Assembly (NCBI GenBank): GCA_964016885.1
Contig: OZ024742.1
Span: 306,156,001-306,220,000 of the forward strand
DNA from: Eledone cirrhosa
Taxonomy: Eukaryota
Direction of reading: 5' to 3'
DNA: 64,000 nt
The position numbers and the translations under genes are program-made. The notes under the pieces were generated by a model that did no database searches, had not been told where the DNA came from, and saw only the letters and a program-made list of their open reading frames with translations. This document shows positions 15,161 to 27,899 of this stretch, in pieces (the first letter of the stretch is position 1; every line of letters begins with the position of its first letter).

Positions 15161-15211
15161 AGTTTAAGCAAATAATCAATGCTTTCAACCTTAACGGGAT
15201 CTTCTGAAACT
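15161..15211 (-). ncRNA. Hammerhead variant with CAGAAGA (U4A) core
   Basis: agttt-CAGAAGA-tcccgttaaggtt-GAAA-gca ttgattatt tgc-TT-aaact. A homolog lies at 63352-63402, and a perfect 64-bp palindrome follows at 15214-15277. Confidence 0.6.
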
Positions 15212-15403
15212 AAGTTCTTATAATAAATATTTGCTCTACGAATTATAATTCGTAGAGCAAATATTTATTATAAGAACGCAAATAATTATTTGAGTTCCGA
15301 TGAATCACTGATTTTTCGTTTTCCATTCCATAATACTCTGCTCCATAGGAGCATAGAGTACTCAACCGGTATACCGCCTATGGAACCATCTTAGCTACCA
15401 TTA

Positions 15404-15449
<46 letters not shown>

Positions 15450-18317
15450 TCTTTATTATTTATTAGCCACAGGGGCACATATATATATAGATAGATAGAT
15501 ATATATATGCTTGTATATGCATATTTATATTTACATTTAATTCGCATTGGATGATTATCATGTGATTGAATATTGCTTTGTTAATAGCATTTTGTCAACT
15601 TACGTTTTTTGTTTGGTATAGCGGCATGAAGATAACCGTACATATATACTTATATATATATTTAGTTACATATATACTTACAATGCCATCAAACTTGGGA
15701 ATGCTTACAAATAAATGAAAATATGTAAAGGTTAATCATAAAGATATCTCAAAAGATTTTAGAACATCACTACTTACATCAGCTTATCTTTAAACGAAAG
15801 TTCGATTATTACATGAATCAATAATACCCATATTAAATTGATATTATTGCTGATCGATGAAATCGATAAAAAATCACCCGGTACAAATTGAAACTCCCGC
15901 CTTTGGACATTGAACGTTTTTCTGTATTGTGGTTTAATTAATATTGGCCAACAGATGGGGGCAATGAAACCGATCGAAATTATTATACACATCCAAATTT
16001 GACAAACTCCCTGAGAATGAACATCGACGGAATACGATGTAGAAGTGAAACAATAATTTGATTCAGAGTGAATAATCAAGCTGCGACTATATGAGAGTGT
16101 ATGTCAAAATTACAAGAAAGCCCGATTTGGGTAAGAAACGTAAACTGAGAGCAGCAAGTAAAAACAAAATATCACAGGAAATTACAAGAATGTAAGATTG
16201 TCAAACCTAATAACGCATTACACTCACACACTGAATACCACTGCATGAAAGGCCATACCATAAATATTATATATGTTTCTTCCCCAGATGATCCGGAATC
16301 ATAATGGTGGACAGGAAGATAGAATGTAAATACGCAGCACAATTCTTGTTCAGTATGGTTAAACGAGCTATGGCATGATTATATGTACAACTGTCTCTTG
16401 TAAAGATATGACCTCACTAAAGATATTTTCCTGGCGAGTTTTATAAAACTACTGACTATGTAATAAAATGGGAGAGACCTGATATTTGATTATTGCGATA
16501 GGAATTTCACGTTTTAAAGGAAATCTCTCGTCATATTGAGAAAATATTAAATTACGGAATGTATGTGCTATACAAGCTGACAATTACGCAGACAACGTTT
16601 GTAGGCAGAAATAGGGAATATATGTGGGACGACAGTACGGTTTATATGTCATTTATGAATTGTTACCAAGCTGCTTGCATGCGTTTCTCTAAGGTCACTG
16701 CAAAACATGGTATGTGGTGAAGAAGGAGTTTCATTTGGTTTACCAGGATTATCCTTGTGTGTTGAGAATCTGATATAACCAATACGAGTTAATGACAGAA
16801 TACAATGATACACACCTCTCAGCCTAACTGAACCAATTATTGTAGTCACAGACAGAAGTATGTTATAGACTGGAGTATTGTAGGATGATAAGCTACATAT
16901 AATGTTTTCGTAGTAGACTTTTAAACAGGAAATGCAAAAGAGAGGTTTTAGTTTTAACAGAGGATAGAGACATTTTCATATAACCCACACCTATGAATGA
17001 AATGCAGTCAGAAAAAGTGTTCATATTTGATAGTTAACCGAGAACTGATTGTCGAACTAACACGAACATGAATACCAGTGACCGTTTTATCTCTCCTTCC
17101 CAAATGCTAAATAGGAAGTTTAGATAAGAGAATGTTGTACTCGTCGTTTTTGTGATTAACGCTAGAGTGACACGTTATATTTTAGAGGACTACTAAAAGT
17201 ATGAGTGACAAAGCTGTGAGTATTCATTAAACCATATTGCATGATATATTTACTGTGCCAGCATTAATACCAACATTTGGGACTAGACGGGTCACGTAAA
17301 AAGATTTTCAAATTTAGCATAAAGATCAGTAGTATATTATCCAAAATAACAGTGACGTTCATTAGCCTGTCTCAACAATATGCATGGATAAATACTTCTG
17401 TATAAATACTTCTATTTATACATTAAGAAAATGAAACACATAAAAAATGAGCAAAACTATACCTCAAATGATCAGGTAATTTTATTTGGAAACAAAATAA
17501 AAACACCCATTATTGTGAAACCAAACTTCCATCTGACTTCAAAGTGGCAATGACTCTACTTACCCTTACGTGTAAAATATCAAAAAGGCTCTATTAGCCA
17601 TATAACCCTTATTATTCATGCAACAGGATATATAACATCCTGCTTGAATTAAACAAAGAATCCAACCCAACATATCATACGCTACAGAGGGACATGGTAT
17701 CTGGAGCCAAAATATCTTAAACGTTCAAACATGATAACGAAAAGAATGAGATAGCCTTTTTTCTTTAATAGTTTTTCATTCTATATATGTCGCCAAGCAT
17801 GGAGTTATTTCAAATTAAACTCAAAATTTCCAATCTGTAGAGTAAACATATGGGTTTACTGGTAAGGAATAAATGCAATTTAGTTATTTTTCTGTAAATT
17901 AAAACTCTACAGAGGGGTTAGAAGCTGTTTATGTCTAAATCTATTCAAGATTTGAAGATTAGTTTCTTAATTCAGAAATATATTTACAGGATTAACCTAA
18001 TAAAACCAAATTTGTAGCTTCATGAAGTTATATATAGCATGTAAAATATCAATCGTGTTGTGGCATTCATTTATACACATGAAATACAAAATGTTGATGC
18101 ATTGTATGGATAAGGTATTCATGCAGGATAACCGTATATAAAAGGCGAAGGAAAACAATGGTCAGTGTATTGCAAGAGTGTTCATTTAGTATAGTTAAAA
18201 GTGTATACGGGCCCACACATCGGGTGCCTGGAGAAAACAGTATTTTGTCGTAGCACCCAATGAAGGGCATTATTGAAACAGCTCCTCCACTATGTGGTTG
18301 CGCATACACGTTAAATG

Positions 18318-18365
<48 letters not shown>

Positions 18366-18563
18366 TTAGGTTTGTTTGGTTCACCACTGGATAGAACTGG
18401 TTATTCCGTATAGTCAATCTTGGTGTAATATTGTGGAGAGTACTCAACGTAGTGCAGTTCACCCGTCTTCGTTTGTGTAGTTGGTGGTGCGAATACGTAG
18501 TTAAGTATAAATAAAATAAAATAACAGGAGGCCGGACTGGTGTAAATCCTTGAAAGGTTTATT

Positions 18564-18621
18564 ATACTATGATCATTTCAATGACCGGGTTCCATATAAA
18601 TCCGGTGATATCATCAGGTAT
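18564..18621 (-). ncRNA. Type I hammerhead ribozyme
   Basis: atac-CTGATGA-tatcaccgg..ccggtcatt-GAAA-tgatca-TA-gtat, with palindromic stem III TGATCA. Confidence 0.85.
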
Positions 18622-19929
18622 TGGAATATAACAAAGGAATATGTAAAAAACCATGGGTCCTGGAAAATCAGCGACAGAGACAAAGAGGACGACTGACCAA
18701 CTAGCTGCCTTCACCTCGGTCAGTCGACTCAAAGTGATGGCAACTGAATCTACTAATGACCATCTGGAGAGGGAGCGAAGGCTTATAATGCACTACCACC
18801 TCTCCGTCAAAGAAAAAGGGAAGAAAGAAAGAAGTCAGCGTAAGGGTTACACTACATTCATGCTAGAAAATGCCGCGAAAAATGCTACTCCAAAGAATCT
18901 ATATGGTCTAATGTGTGAACCGAAAATTGGAACGATAAACTTATGTTGCTAGTTACAGGATGAAATTAAATTAAATTAAAAATATTAAATTGCAAAATGA
19001 TAAATTGAAAAATAAAATATTAGAAAATTAAAAAATGATTAGAAAATTAAAGGTTAAGGTAGCGAGATTTATTTAATGAACTTACGGAGAGAGTCTTATA
19101 TGAAAAAAGTTATCTCGATAAGATATTAGGATGGGATATAGAGTAAAGATTTCGATTGCTAGTCCCAGCCAGCACCCCCCAACCATGAGTCAGCCAGTTT
19201 CGAGTGGGATCGTCCAGCGAAAGAAATGGAAATTAATTTTTCCGAGTACTCTAGGAACATAGCTACCTTAGGCCCCGGGAGCGCCGGCGGGAAGTCTACA
19301 ATTTCGACAGGCCATCGTCTATACCAAATGAATATTATTAAATCACACGTGAGGGGTTTATTTACGTGCCAGTAGAGGGATGATACAGCCAATAGTCATG
19401 CCTAAATCTGGAGTTTATAGGTATAAGTATAATATGGCGGCCAAAACAGGCGGCGCGGTGGGATCGGGGCAAAGCAACCCGCTCCGAGTAATTTCGTTTA
19501 CCGAAAGAGGAGAAATTTATTTTTTCGAGCACTCAAGGAAGGCTGAACTTTCCGAGTGCCCAGCGCGCAGCCGGGAAAAGCCACCACATAAGTCGAAGGT
19601 AGCAACCCAATGAAAAGTGCAAATAGACCATAATTATTTTAAAGTCCCAGTTAGTCCGGATTATAAGTAGTGTGGTTCTTTGGTGGGTAGAGGGCTATGA
19701 AAGGTGCATAATGACCTGAGTAAGGAAAGTTACAAAAAAATTAATAAAAGCAGGATACAAAGATAAAATACAAATATAAAGATAAAATACATTTATAAAA
19801 TACATTAATAAATTAATAAAAAATTAATAAAAGTAAATAACTAGGGATGTAGACAGACGGAAGTATATAAGAACGTATCGGAGGAATCACAGAGTAGGGG
19901 AAATACAATATAGATGAAGTTGTAGGAAG

Positions 19930-20115
19930 ATAATTGTTTCTACTTTAGGCACAAGGCCATCAATTATCCAGTGCATTACTGGTACTTTATTTTATCGACC
20001 CCGTAAGGATGAAAGGTAAAGTTAACCTCAGCGGGATTTGAACTCAGAATGGCAAGGGCCGTAACTCTATGCGTCAAAGCATTGCGTCCGACTCTCTACC
20101 GATACTGCCAATCCA
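19930..20115 (-). mobile_element. tRNA-derived SINE (same family as 51.6 and 54.7 kb)
   Basis: B-box-like gagttcaaatc and the shared core tttcatccttacggggtcgataaaataaagtaccagtaa occur in three copies in the window. Confidence 0.8.
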
Positions 20116-22380
20116 GCGCCATTGTAGTAAGATAATACAGGTTGTACATATAGATATAGAGGATGGAATAGATGGAATGGTAACACGTGGTACCTAATGT
20201 AAAGTTCGGGTCTCCAAAAATGTTTCTGAGGTATAGAGTAGATAATTCAGTCAATACAATACATGTTTTAGTATAATACGTAGAGTTTTGTCGGAATCGG
20301 AATAATGCCGACAAGGAAGTAGTATCAGGTGGCGGTAGATAAAGCACAGAGCAGCCAAATCCAAATGGTAAGTAGATCAGTTAATCCCATGCTGGCAATA
20401 GCGGTACACTGAAGTCAGTGCCGCTGTTCAATATTACATTTGGAAGTACTCAACATTATTGGAGCATTATTTCTTTAGGCTTGTTGGTTCACCAGTGGAT
20501 AGAACTGGTCATTCCGTATAGTCAATCTTGGTGTAATATTGTGGAGAGTACTCAACGTAGTGCAGTTCATCCGTCTTCGTTTGTGTAGTTGGTGGTGCGA
20601 ATACGGAGTTAATTATAAATAAAATAAAATAACAGGAGGCCGGACTGGTGTAAATCCTTGAAAGTTACTTTAGAACGGAACTGCCTGTTAAACTAATCGC
20701 CCCCTCTAAATCTGTTCTGGGGGTTGTTAGTAAATCCATCTTGGATAGAATTATCCCACAGGTTCGTTCTAATTGCTCTATTTCTAACTTAAATTTATGG
20801 ATGGGTACATCTGATGTAATTCACTGGTTCAATGACCTGAATAATAAAAACAACAAAAATTTATTCAGTTTGACATTGCCAGTTACTATTCTTCTATTTC
20901 GCCTTCACTCCTCAACAACGCTCTCTCTTTTATATTTAAATATTCTGACATTACCACAGATGAACTTTACATCATTCTCACCGCAAGAAAAACTATCCTG
21001 AAATTCAACAACGAATATTGAACTAGAGTTGATACTTCCAACAATTTCGATATCACAATGGGTTCGCCGGATTCAGCGCAATTGACGGACTTGATTGGAA
21101 TCTTTATTTTGAATTCTTTAAATCGAAAACTTCCTCAACTTCGCGGTTGAATGTATCGTGACGATGCTCTTTTTACTGTCTTAAACTGTAACTTAGTTAA
21201 CCTCAATATTATTAAGAATAATATACTTGATCTATTTAAGCACCAGAACATAAAAATTTAATTTGAAAACAACGTGAAACTAGCTAACTTCCTGGATATA
21301 TCCCTTAATCTTGACACCGGCCTATATTACCCTTACCATAAAGACAATGAGAATCTAAATTATGTTAATTTTAAATCTAATCACCCTATTAACGTTAAAA
21401 ATGCTATAGTCAGTAATGTTGAAAAAAGAATCTCAAATCTATCTTCTAATAAAGTTATCTTTGACGCTAAAGCCAATTATTACAATAATGCGATTTCCAG
21501 AGCCGGTTATCCTGACAAAATTAAATACAGTAAAGAAACCAATCATCGAGGGACTTATGGTAATATAGTTAGTTATAAGCATTCCAATAACGCAAAGAAA
21601 AGACCTAGATATAAAAATATGATTTGGTACAACGCTCCTGTTTCTCTATCTATTATTAGTAATATTCCTAAACTATTTTTTAGGGCCTTAGATAAATGCT
21701 TCCCTCCCTCGCATATTTATAGTAAGATCTTTAATAAACATACAATTAAATTCTCTTATTCCACCACTTCCAACATCTCTAACATTATCTCTAAACATAA
21801 TAATAAAATATTATAAAAGTAATAAAGTATATCCATCCAACACTGCGCGTCATAATAATAGCAATAGTAAACCCGACGTCAATCTTAACTCTAGGCTAGA
21901 TTCCATAAATTTAAATACGGCGTCAAACGTAACTTTGTCGAATGTTCATAATACCAATCTAAATCAGGAAACTTTAGCACCTATCGTAAATAACTTCTCC
22001 AATTCAATTCCTTCTATTAATAATACTGGGTCACTCTGGTAATTTCTCTAATCGTAATTGCAATTGCCCTGTTAGAACTAAATGTCCTCTTAGTAACCAA
22101 TGTCTTGATAAAAATTTAGTGTATGAATGTAAGGTTATAACTGATACTAATTATTTTACCTATTTTGGGTCCACTTCCATTTCCTTTAAAGCAAGATTTT
22201 ATAATCACAATTCTTCTTTTAAATACCGACTTAAAAGAACTAACACGGCACTCTCAGAACTCATATGGTCCTTAAAGGACAAACATATTAACTACAATAT
22301 TTCTTGGAGGAAGGTTTGCAGCGCCTCTCCTTACCTGAATTCTTCCCTATCCAGAACATGTAATCTCTGCCTAGCGGAGA

Positions 22381-22860
22381 AATTTACCATTATCTCTAAT
22401 TTTAATTCTATAATAAATAGTCGTACGGATTTATATTCGCTCTGCTTGCATAAATCCCATAGAACTTTTCATAAAGTATACAGCTAATATCTTACTACCT
22501 AATTAGTTTAAAATCTTCTTTTCTCAAACGCTTTTATATTTTTTACAAATATACCCATCCGTCTACCTTATTTCAGTATATTATAAAATATTACTGATAC
22601 TATATCGTTAGCGGTCCCCTTAATTTACCATTATCTCTAATTTTAATTCTATAATAAATAGACGTACGGATTTATTTTCGCTCTGCTTGCATAAATCTCA
22701 TGGAACTTTCCATAAAGTATACAGCTAATATCTTACTACCTAATTAGTTTAAAATCTTCTTTTGTCAAACGCTTTTATATTTTTTACAAATATACCTATC
22801 TTTCTACCTTATTTCAGTATATTATACAATATTACTCATACTATGTCGTTAGCGGTCCCC
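22381..22860 (+). repeat. About 240-bp tandem duplication spanning the endonuclease stop and start of the 3' UTR
   Basis: aatttaccattatctctaatt..gttagcggtcccct occurs at 22381-22621 and again at 22622-22861. Confidence 0.9.
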
Positions 22861-23641
22861 TATTTTTCTTCTTTTTTCTTCTTTTTTTAATTTCTAATCT
22901 TTAATCTGCAACTTTTACTTCTCAATTACTTCTTAATTCATATTATAACTCACTATAGCATTTTCCTTATATTCTCGGCCATACTAATATTACCATTAGT
23001 GAAATTTTGTAAACATATATTCTTTGGACGTTATATATTTTTTCTTCCTTGAATTTCTTCTTTCTTCTCTCCTTCCGTGCTCGTATTAAACCTATTATTT
23101 ACTTTTTCCTTTTACAATACATAGAAACAAACTTGGAACCTAATTAATTCCTCTAAGTTCATAATTATTTAACCTTATCTTCATTCACCTTATCTTCTTA
23201 ATATATTTTATTTTAATAATACATTTTAATAAATTCCTTTTCGCACTTATTATTAAACCCTTCAATATTCTTAATTCCCTTTTTCTTTAATCATAAACCT
23301 CATTAACTTTTATTTCTAAATTTTTTTCAAATTATGTATTATCTTACAACGGTTTTTTTTAATTTCTCTCTGTGAGACAATGTTTCTCAGTATTAAAGGT
23401 TATCTCTCTCTCTCACTCATTTTCTCCTCCTCTCTCATCCTTCCTTTTCCTCCTCCGTCATCCTTTCTTTATTATTATTTTTTTTTATTATTATATTCTT
23501 TCTTCCTCTTCCTTACCTTTTCCTTCCCCCCTTCCTTTCCTTTTTTCCCAATCTCATATATCCATCTTATTTTATTTTTCATATGTTGATTTAACACTTC
23601 ACTGCTCACAAGTGTTTTTTAAGCTTCATATCATGTCTCCC

Positions 23642-23712
23642 TATTTTATCTGATGAGAACGCAAATATCATCCCATGATGATATTTGTTTTTGAAATGTG
23701 CATAATAAAATA
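23642..23712 (+). ncRNA. Type I hammerhead ribozyme in PLE 3' UTR
   Basis: tattttat-CTGATGA-gaacgcaaatatcatc ccat gatgatatttgttttt-GAAA-tgtgca-TA-ataaaata. Confidence 0.9.
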
Positions 23713-23836
23713 CATGGCACTCTTTTAACCATCTTTTGATCTTATATTATTTATACTCCACTCCTATAAACTGTTGAGTGCTACTTATCCGATATTTGAA
23801 TTGTTTTATTGTGCTACAATAAAACTCACCTCCTAC

Positions 23837-23879
<43 letters not shown>

Positions 23880-23889
23880 AACAAGTAAG

Positions 23890-23983
23890 ACCCCGACGGC
23901 TGAGCTCAACCCGTTTCGACGGCTAATTCTGTACTGAATGAAAATTTATTCTGGTATTTAAATAGCCGAGCTTATCAAGGGGT
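23890..23983 (-). ncRNA. Type I hammerhead with U3-A8 covariant core (left arm)
   Basis: acccc-TTGATAA-gctcggcta..tagccgtc-GAAA-cgggttgagctcagccg-TC-ggggt. Confidence 0.8.
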
Positions 23984-25627
23984 AATTCCATATATGGTCA
24001 AAGAGATAATCACCAGGATTGGTCACATCACAAGTTAGTAGTAAATCTGTGATGGCAAATTGGTGGGGGAAGGGGTAGCTAAACCTGCCGGTAGGAGAAA
24101 AAGGGAGAGGGGGTGGAGTAGATCCATTCATGCGTTGGTAGTGCCAGCTATAGCTGGGCGTGAGGTCAAAGAGGATACTGGGGAGGGGGAGGGGGAGGAG
24201 GTCGAAACGGTAAGTAGAACAATGAGGGTAAAACTATAAAAGGTACTGAGAGAGAAAAAAAAAAAAAAGCAAAGTCTGGTTACTAAGACTAAAGTCTCTC
24301 GCTATTACTAAGCTAAAGAAATACATAAATAAATAAATAAACAAATAAGTGAATAAAAGAATAGTTAAATAAATTTGAAAAAAAAAAAAATATATATATA
24401 TAATAAAAAAAAAAATATATATATAATGAAGAATAAAAAAATAAATAATAATAATAAAAATAAACTAGGTGGGACGGAAATAAAGGGACCCTTATACGAG
24501 GTATAAGTGCGTGTATCGTACGGTGACGGGTCAACAAAGGGGGGGGGGGGGGGCAAAATACTAAAGAGACTACCACGAAATAATAAAGGTTTCTACCCCA
24601 ATCACAGGGCCAGCAACCACCCAGTGCAAGAAAGTAAACTAGTACGAGAATATCATTCAGGGTCCCGCCAAAAAATACTAGTGCCAACTCTAAGGGTACG
24701 GCCACGAAACAAAAAGTCTTATACAAGCTACATGAAAGATCGTACGAAGTAAAAGTAAAGAACGGAAAATAAATACAGGAACTGGTTACTGCATGTAAAC
24801 ACCGATTATGTAGGACTTACCTCGCCCTCAAACCCCATAATGACCCGGGGGGTTAGACTAGGGCTATAACACCCGACTTGCCTATTTTGTAATGAGTAAC
24901 CCCTGCTTGCCAATGGAGACGTAAGATCTTCTTTTACATTCTTTTATCGCTTCCTCTATATTTCCTCCTTCCCCCCATCCCTCCCTAGTCCTTCTACCCC
25001 AGTTCCTTTTCTTTGTCGTCGTCTTTTTCTCGCCCACCCGAGGTAGCCCATCGGTCCCTTGTAGCTTCAGCACCCCCACCCCCCTCCCCTATTCTATGAT
25101 AGATTTGGCTGACTCCAGAGGTGTTAGACTTCTGATACTCGCCCCCTTCTCCGACCGCTGTCCCTTTTTTCCGTGCCTTCTATATTTCTTAGTGGCATCT
25201 TTGCTTTAATTTCTCGTTTATCCAGTATTTCTTTCTTCTTTTTCCCCTTTTTTTTTTGGGGGGGGGGGGGTGTTCTTGTATTAATTTTCCGTTCTTTACT
25301 TTTACTTCGTACGATCTTTCATGTAACTTATATAAGACTTTTTGTTTCGTGGCGGTACCCTTAGAGTTAGCACTAGTATTTTTTGGCGGGACCCTGAATT
25401 ATATTCTCGTACTAGTTTACTTTCTTGCACTGGGTGGTTGCTGGCCCTGTGATTGGGGTAGAAACCTTTATTATTTCGTGGTAGTCTCTTTAGTATTTTG
25501 CCCCCCCCCCCTTGTTGACCCGTCACCGTACGATACACGCACTTATACCTCGTATAAGGGTCCCTTTATTTCCGTCCCACCTAGTTTATTTTTATTATTA
25601 TTATTTATTTTTTTAATCTTCATTATA

Positions 25628-25661
<34 letters not shown>

Positions 25662-26060
25662 TTTTAAATTTATTTATCTATTCTTTTATTCACTTATTTG
25701 TTTATTTATTTATTTATGTATTTCTTTAGCCTAGCAAAAGCGAGAGGCTTAAGTCTTAGTAACCAGACTTTGCTTATTTTTTTTTTTTTCTCTCTCAGTA
25801 CCTTTTATCGTTTTACCCTCATTGTTCTACTTACCGTTTCGACCTCCTCCCCCTCCCCCTCCCCAGTATCCTCTTTGACCTCACGCCCAGCTGTAGCTGG
25901 CACTACCAACGCATGAATGGGTCTACTCCACCCCCTCTCCCCTTTTCTCCTACCGGCAGGTTTAGCTACCCCTTCCCCCACCAATTTGCAATCACAGATT
26001 TACTACTAACTTGTGATGTGACCAATCCTGGTAATTTTCTGTTTGACCATATATGGAATT

Positions 26061-26154
26061 ACCCCTTGATAAGCTCGGCTATTTAAATACCAGAATAAAT
26101 TTTCATTCAGTACAGAATTAGCCGTCGAAACGGCTTGAGCTCAGCCGTCGGGGT
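26061..26154 (+). ncRNA. Type I hammerhead with U3-A8 covariant core (right arm)
   Basis: acccc-TTGATAA-gctcggcta..(54 nt)..tagccgtc-GAAA-cggct tgagctc agccg-TC-ggggt. All three stems pair and the cleavage site is GUC. Confidence 0.85.
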
Positions 26155-26245
26155 CTTACATGTTCCTATTACCCACTCTACTACCCTAAGTATTGAGTAC
26201 TATGGTGCGTTATGGCCCACCTGGTTCCTTACCACATTTCCTTCG

Positions 26246-26291
<46 letters not shown>

Positions 26292-26715
26292 CGAAGGAAA
26301 ATGTGTTTCTACGATCCGCAAGTATAAAAAAAACATTATCCATGGTGTAATCCAAGGGGTCAGGAATCTAAATAGTATATGAGGGAACGGTAACCAAGCA
26401 TAGATAATGTGTAGTAATTGAACCAAATATAACCAAATAGTAAGTTTCCTCAGATATTTCAACTCACTTCTCTCAATCCAGAATCTCGATATTTTAACGG
26501 TTCATATAGTCTTAGATTTTTTTTCAGATTATTTTCTGACACTGTAATCTTCCTGACACTGGAATCTTACTAAAAGAAAAAAAAAATTTCTTCATCCCAA
26601 TCAATGGATCGTTCTTCGACTGTGGAAACGTACGTAGAACGAATAAAATGTTATAAATTCTCCCTAATGTCTGGGTTTAATTATTACTTATATGTAAATA
26701 TATATATATATATAT

Positions 26716-27014
26716 ATAACTAAGGAAATGTGGTAAGGAACCAGGTGGACCATAACGCACAAAAGTACTCAATACTTAGGGTAGTAGAGTAGGTAATAGG
26801 AACGAGAAGGACCCCGACGGCTGAGCTCAAGCCGTTTCGACGGCTAATTCTGGACTAAAATACCGTCTAGAATTAGCCGTCCAGAATTAGCCGTCGAAAC
26901 GGCTTGAGCTCAGCTCTCGGGGTCCTACTCGTTCCTATTACCCACTCTACTACCCTAAGTATTGAGTCCTTTGGTGTGTTATGGTCCACCTGGTTCCTTA
27001 CCACATTTCCTTCG

Positions 27015-27017
<3 letters not shown>
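26716..27017. mobile_element. Short fold-back copy of the same family's 3' end (two HHR right halves)
   Basis: Both arms start at ccagaattagccgtcGAAAcggcttgagctcagc and run out to the ccacatttcctt(c/a)gtta-(TA)n end. Confidence 0.85.
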
Positions 27018-27102
<85 letters not shown>

Positions 27103-27369
27103 GGAAAAAATGAAACGCAATTTCATTTCCCACTCTTAGTACAGCTGTTACTTAAATATAAGTATAAGTATGTACAGGTACATACATATATGTATACAGA
27201 CATACAGTAGTATGTATATATATATACATACATGCACACATATATATATGTACGTATGGATTCACCGAACATTTATTATAATGCTCGGTGTGTTTGTAAA
27301 CAAACATCCCGTATTAAGCCGTAGTGTCCAGCAACCATCGTTGCTCGTTTGTTCAACACTGACAAAGGA

Positions 27370-27412
27370 ACGCTGTACTAGTTTCAAGCTTATTAGCTAT
27401 CGTCAGCAACGT
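27370..27412 (-). ncRNA. Minimal type I hammerhead ribozyme
   Basis: acgttg-CTGACGA-tagct aata agctt-GAAA-ctag-TA-cagcgt. Confidence 0.9.
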
Positions 27413-27476
27413 ATACCTTCCTGTGCATAAGGAAAGTATATACTTGCAGACGTTCAACACTCTGGCAGGAAGGTAT

Positions 27477-27519
27477 ACGTTGCTGACGATAGCTAATAAG
27501 TTTGAAACTAGTACCGCGT
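27477..27519 (+). ncRNA. Minimal type I hammerhead ribozyme (mirror copy)
   Basis: acgttg-CTGACGA-tagctaataagttt-GAAA-ctag-TA-ccgcgt. Confidence 0.85.
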
Positions 27520-27726
27520 TACTTTGTCAGTGTTGAACAAACGAGCAACGATGGTTGGTGGATACTACGGCTTAATACGGGATGTTTGTTTACAAACACA
27601 CCGAGCATTATAATAAATGTTCGGTGAATCCATACGTACATATATATATATGTGCGCATGTATGTATATATACATACTACTGTATGTCTGTATACATATA
27701 TGTATGTACGTGTACATACTTATACT

Positions 27727-27887
<161 letters not shown>

Positions 27888-27899
27888 ATGTGTGTAAGA

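Larger units (their letters stand above)
18363..20664 (-). mobile_element. Non-coding about 2.1-kb terminally redundant HHR element (pLTR- or retrozyme-like)
   Basis: Direct repeat 18363-18556 and 20472-20664, with an HHR at 18564-18621 and no credible ORF. (TA)n lies to the left and the PLE body abuts it on the right. Confidence 0.8.
20661..23841 (+). mobile_element. 5'-truncated, decayed Penelope-like element (RT, GIY-YIG, 3' UTR and HHR)
   Basis: RT motifs FIQFDIASYYSSI, FDITMGSPDSAQLTDLIG, MYRDD, NFLDISL and YVNFKSNHP. Endonuclease CNCPVRTKCPLSNQC..VY..YFGSTS..FKARFYNH..CNLCLAEK..CLH. There are several stops and frameshifts, and the element ends in (TA)n. Confidence 0.95.
23877..26250. 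mobile_element. Non-coding HHR element with about 0.9-kb inverted duplication
   Basis: 23877-24785 is the reverse complement of about 25275-26166, flanked by (TA)n. The 3' end ccacatttccttcgtta(ta)n is shared with copies at 26716-27017 and 50107-50255; a further copy at 63800-64000 runs off the window. Confidence 0.9.

Noticed and set aside
15900-17200. Faint echoes of viral-type superfamily 1 helicase motifs (..DYCDRNF.., MNEMQSEK)
   Set aside because: There is no continuous frame and no clear Walker A motif. A frameshift-aware profile search would be needed, so it is not supportable by eye.
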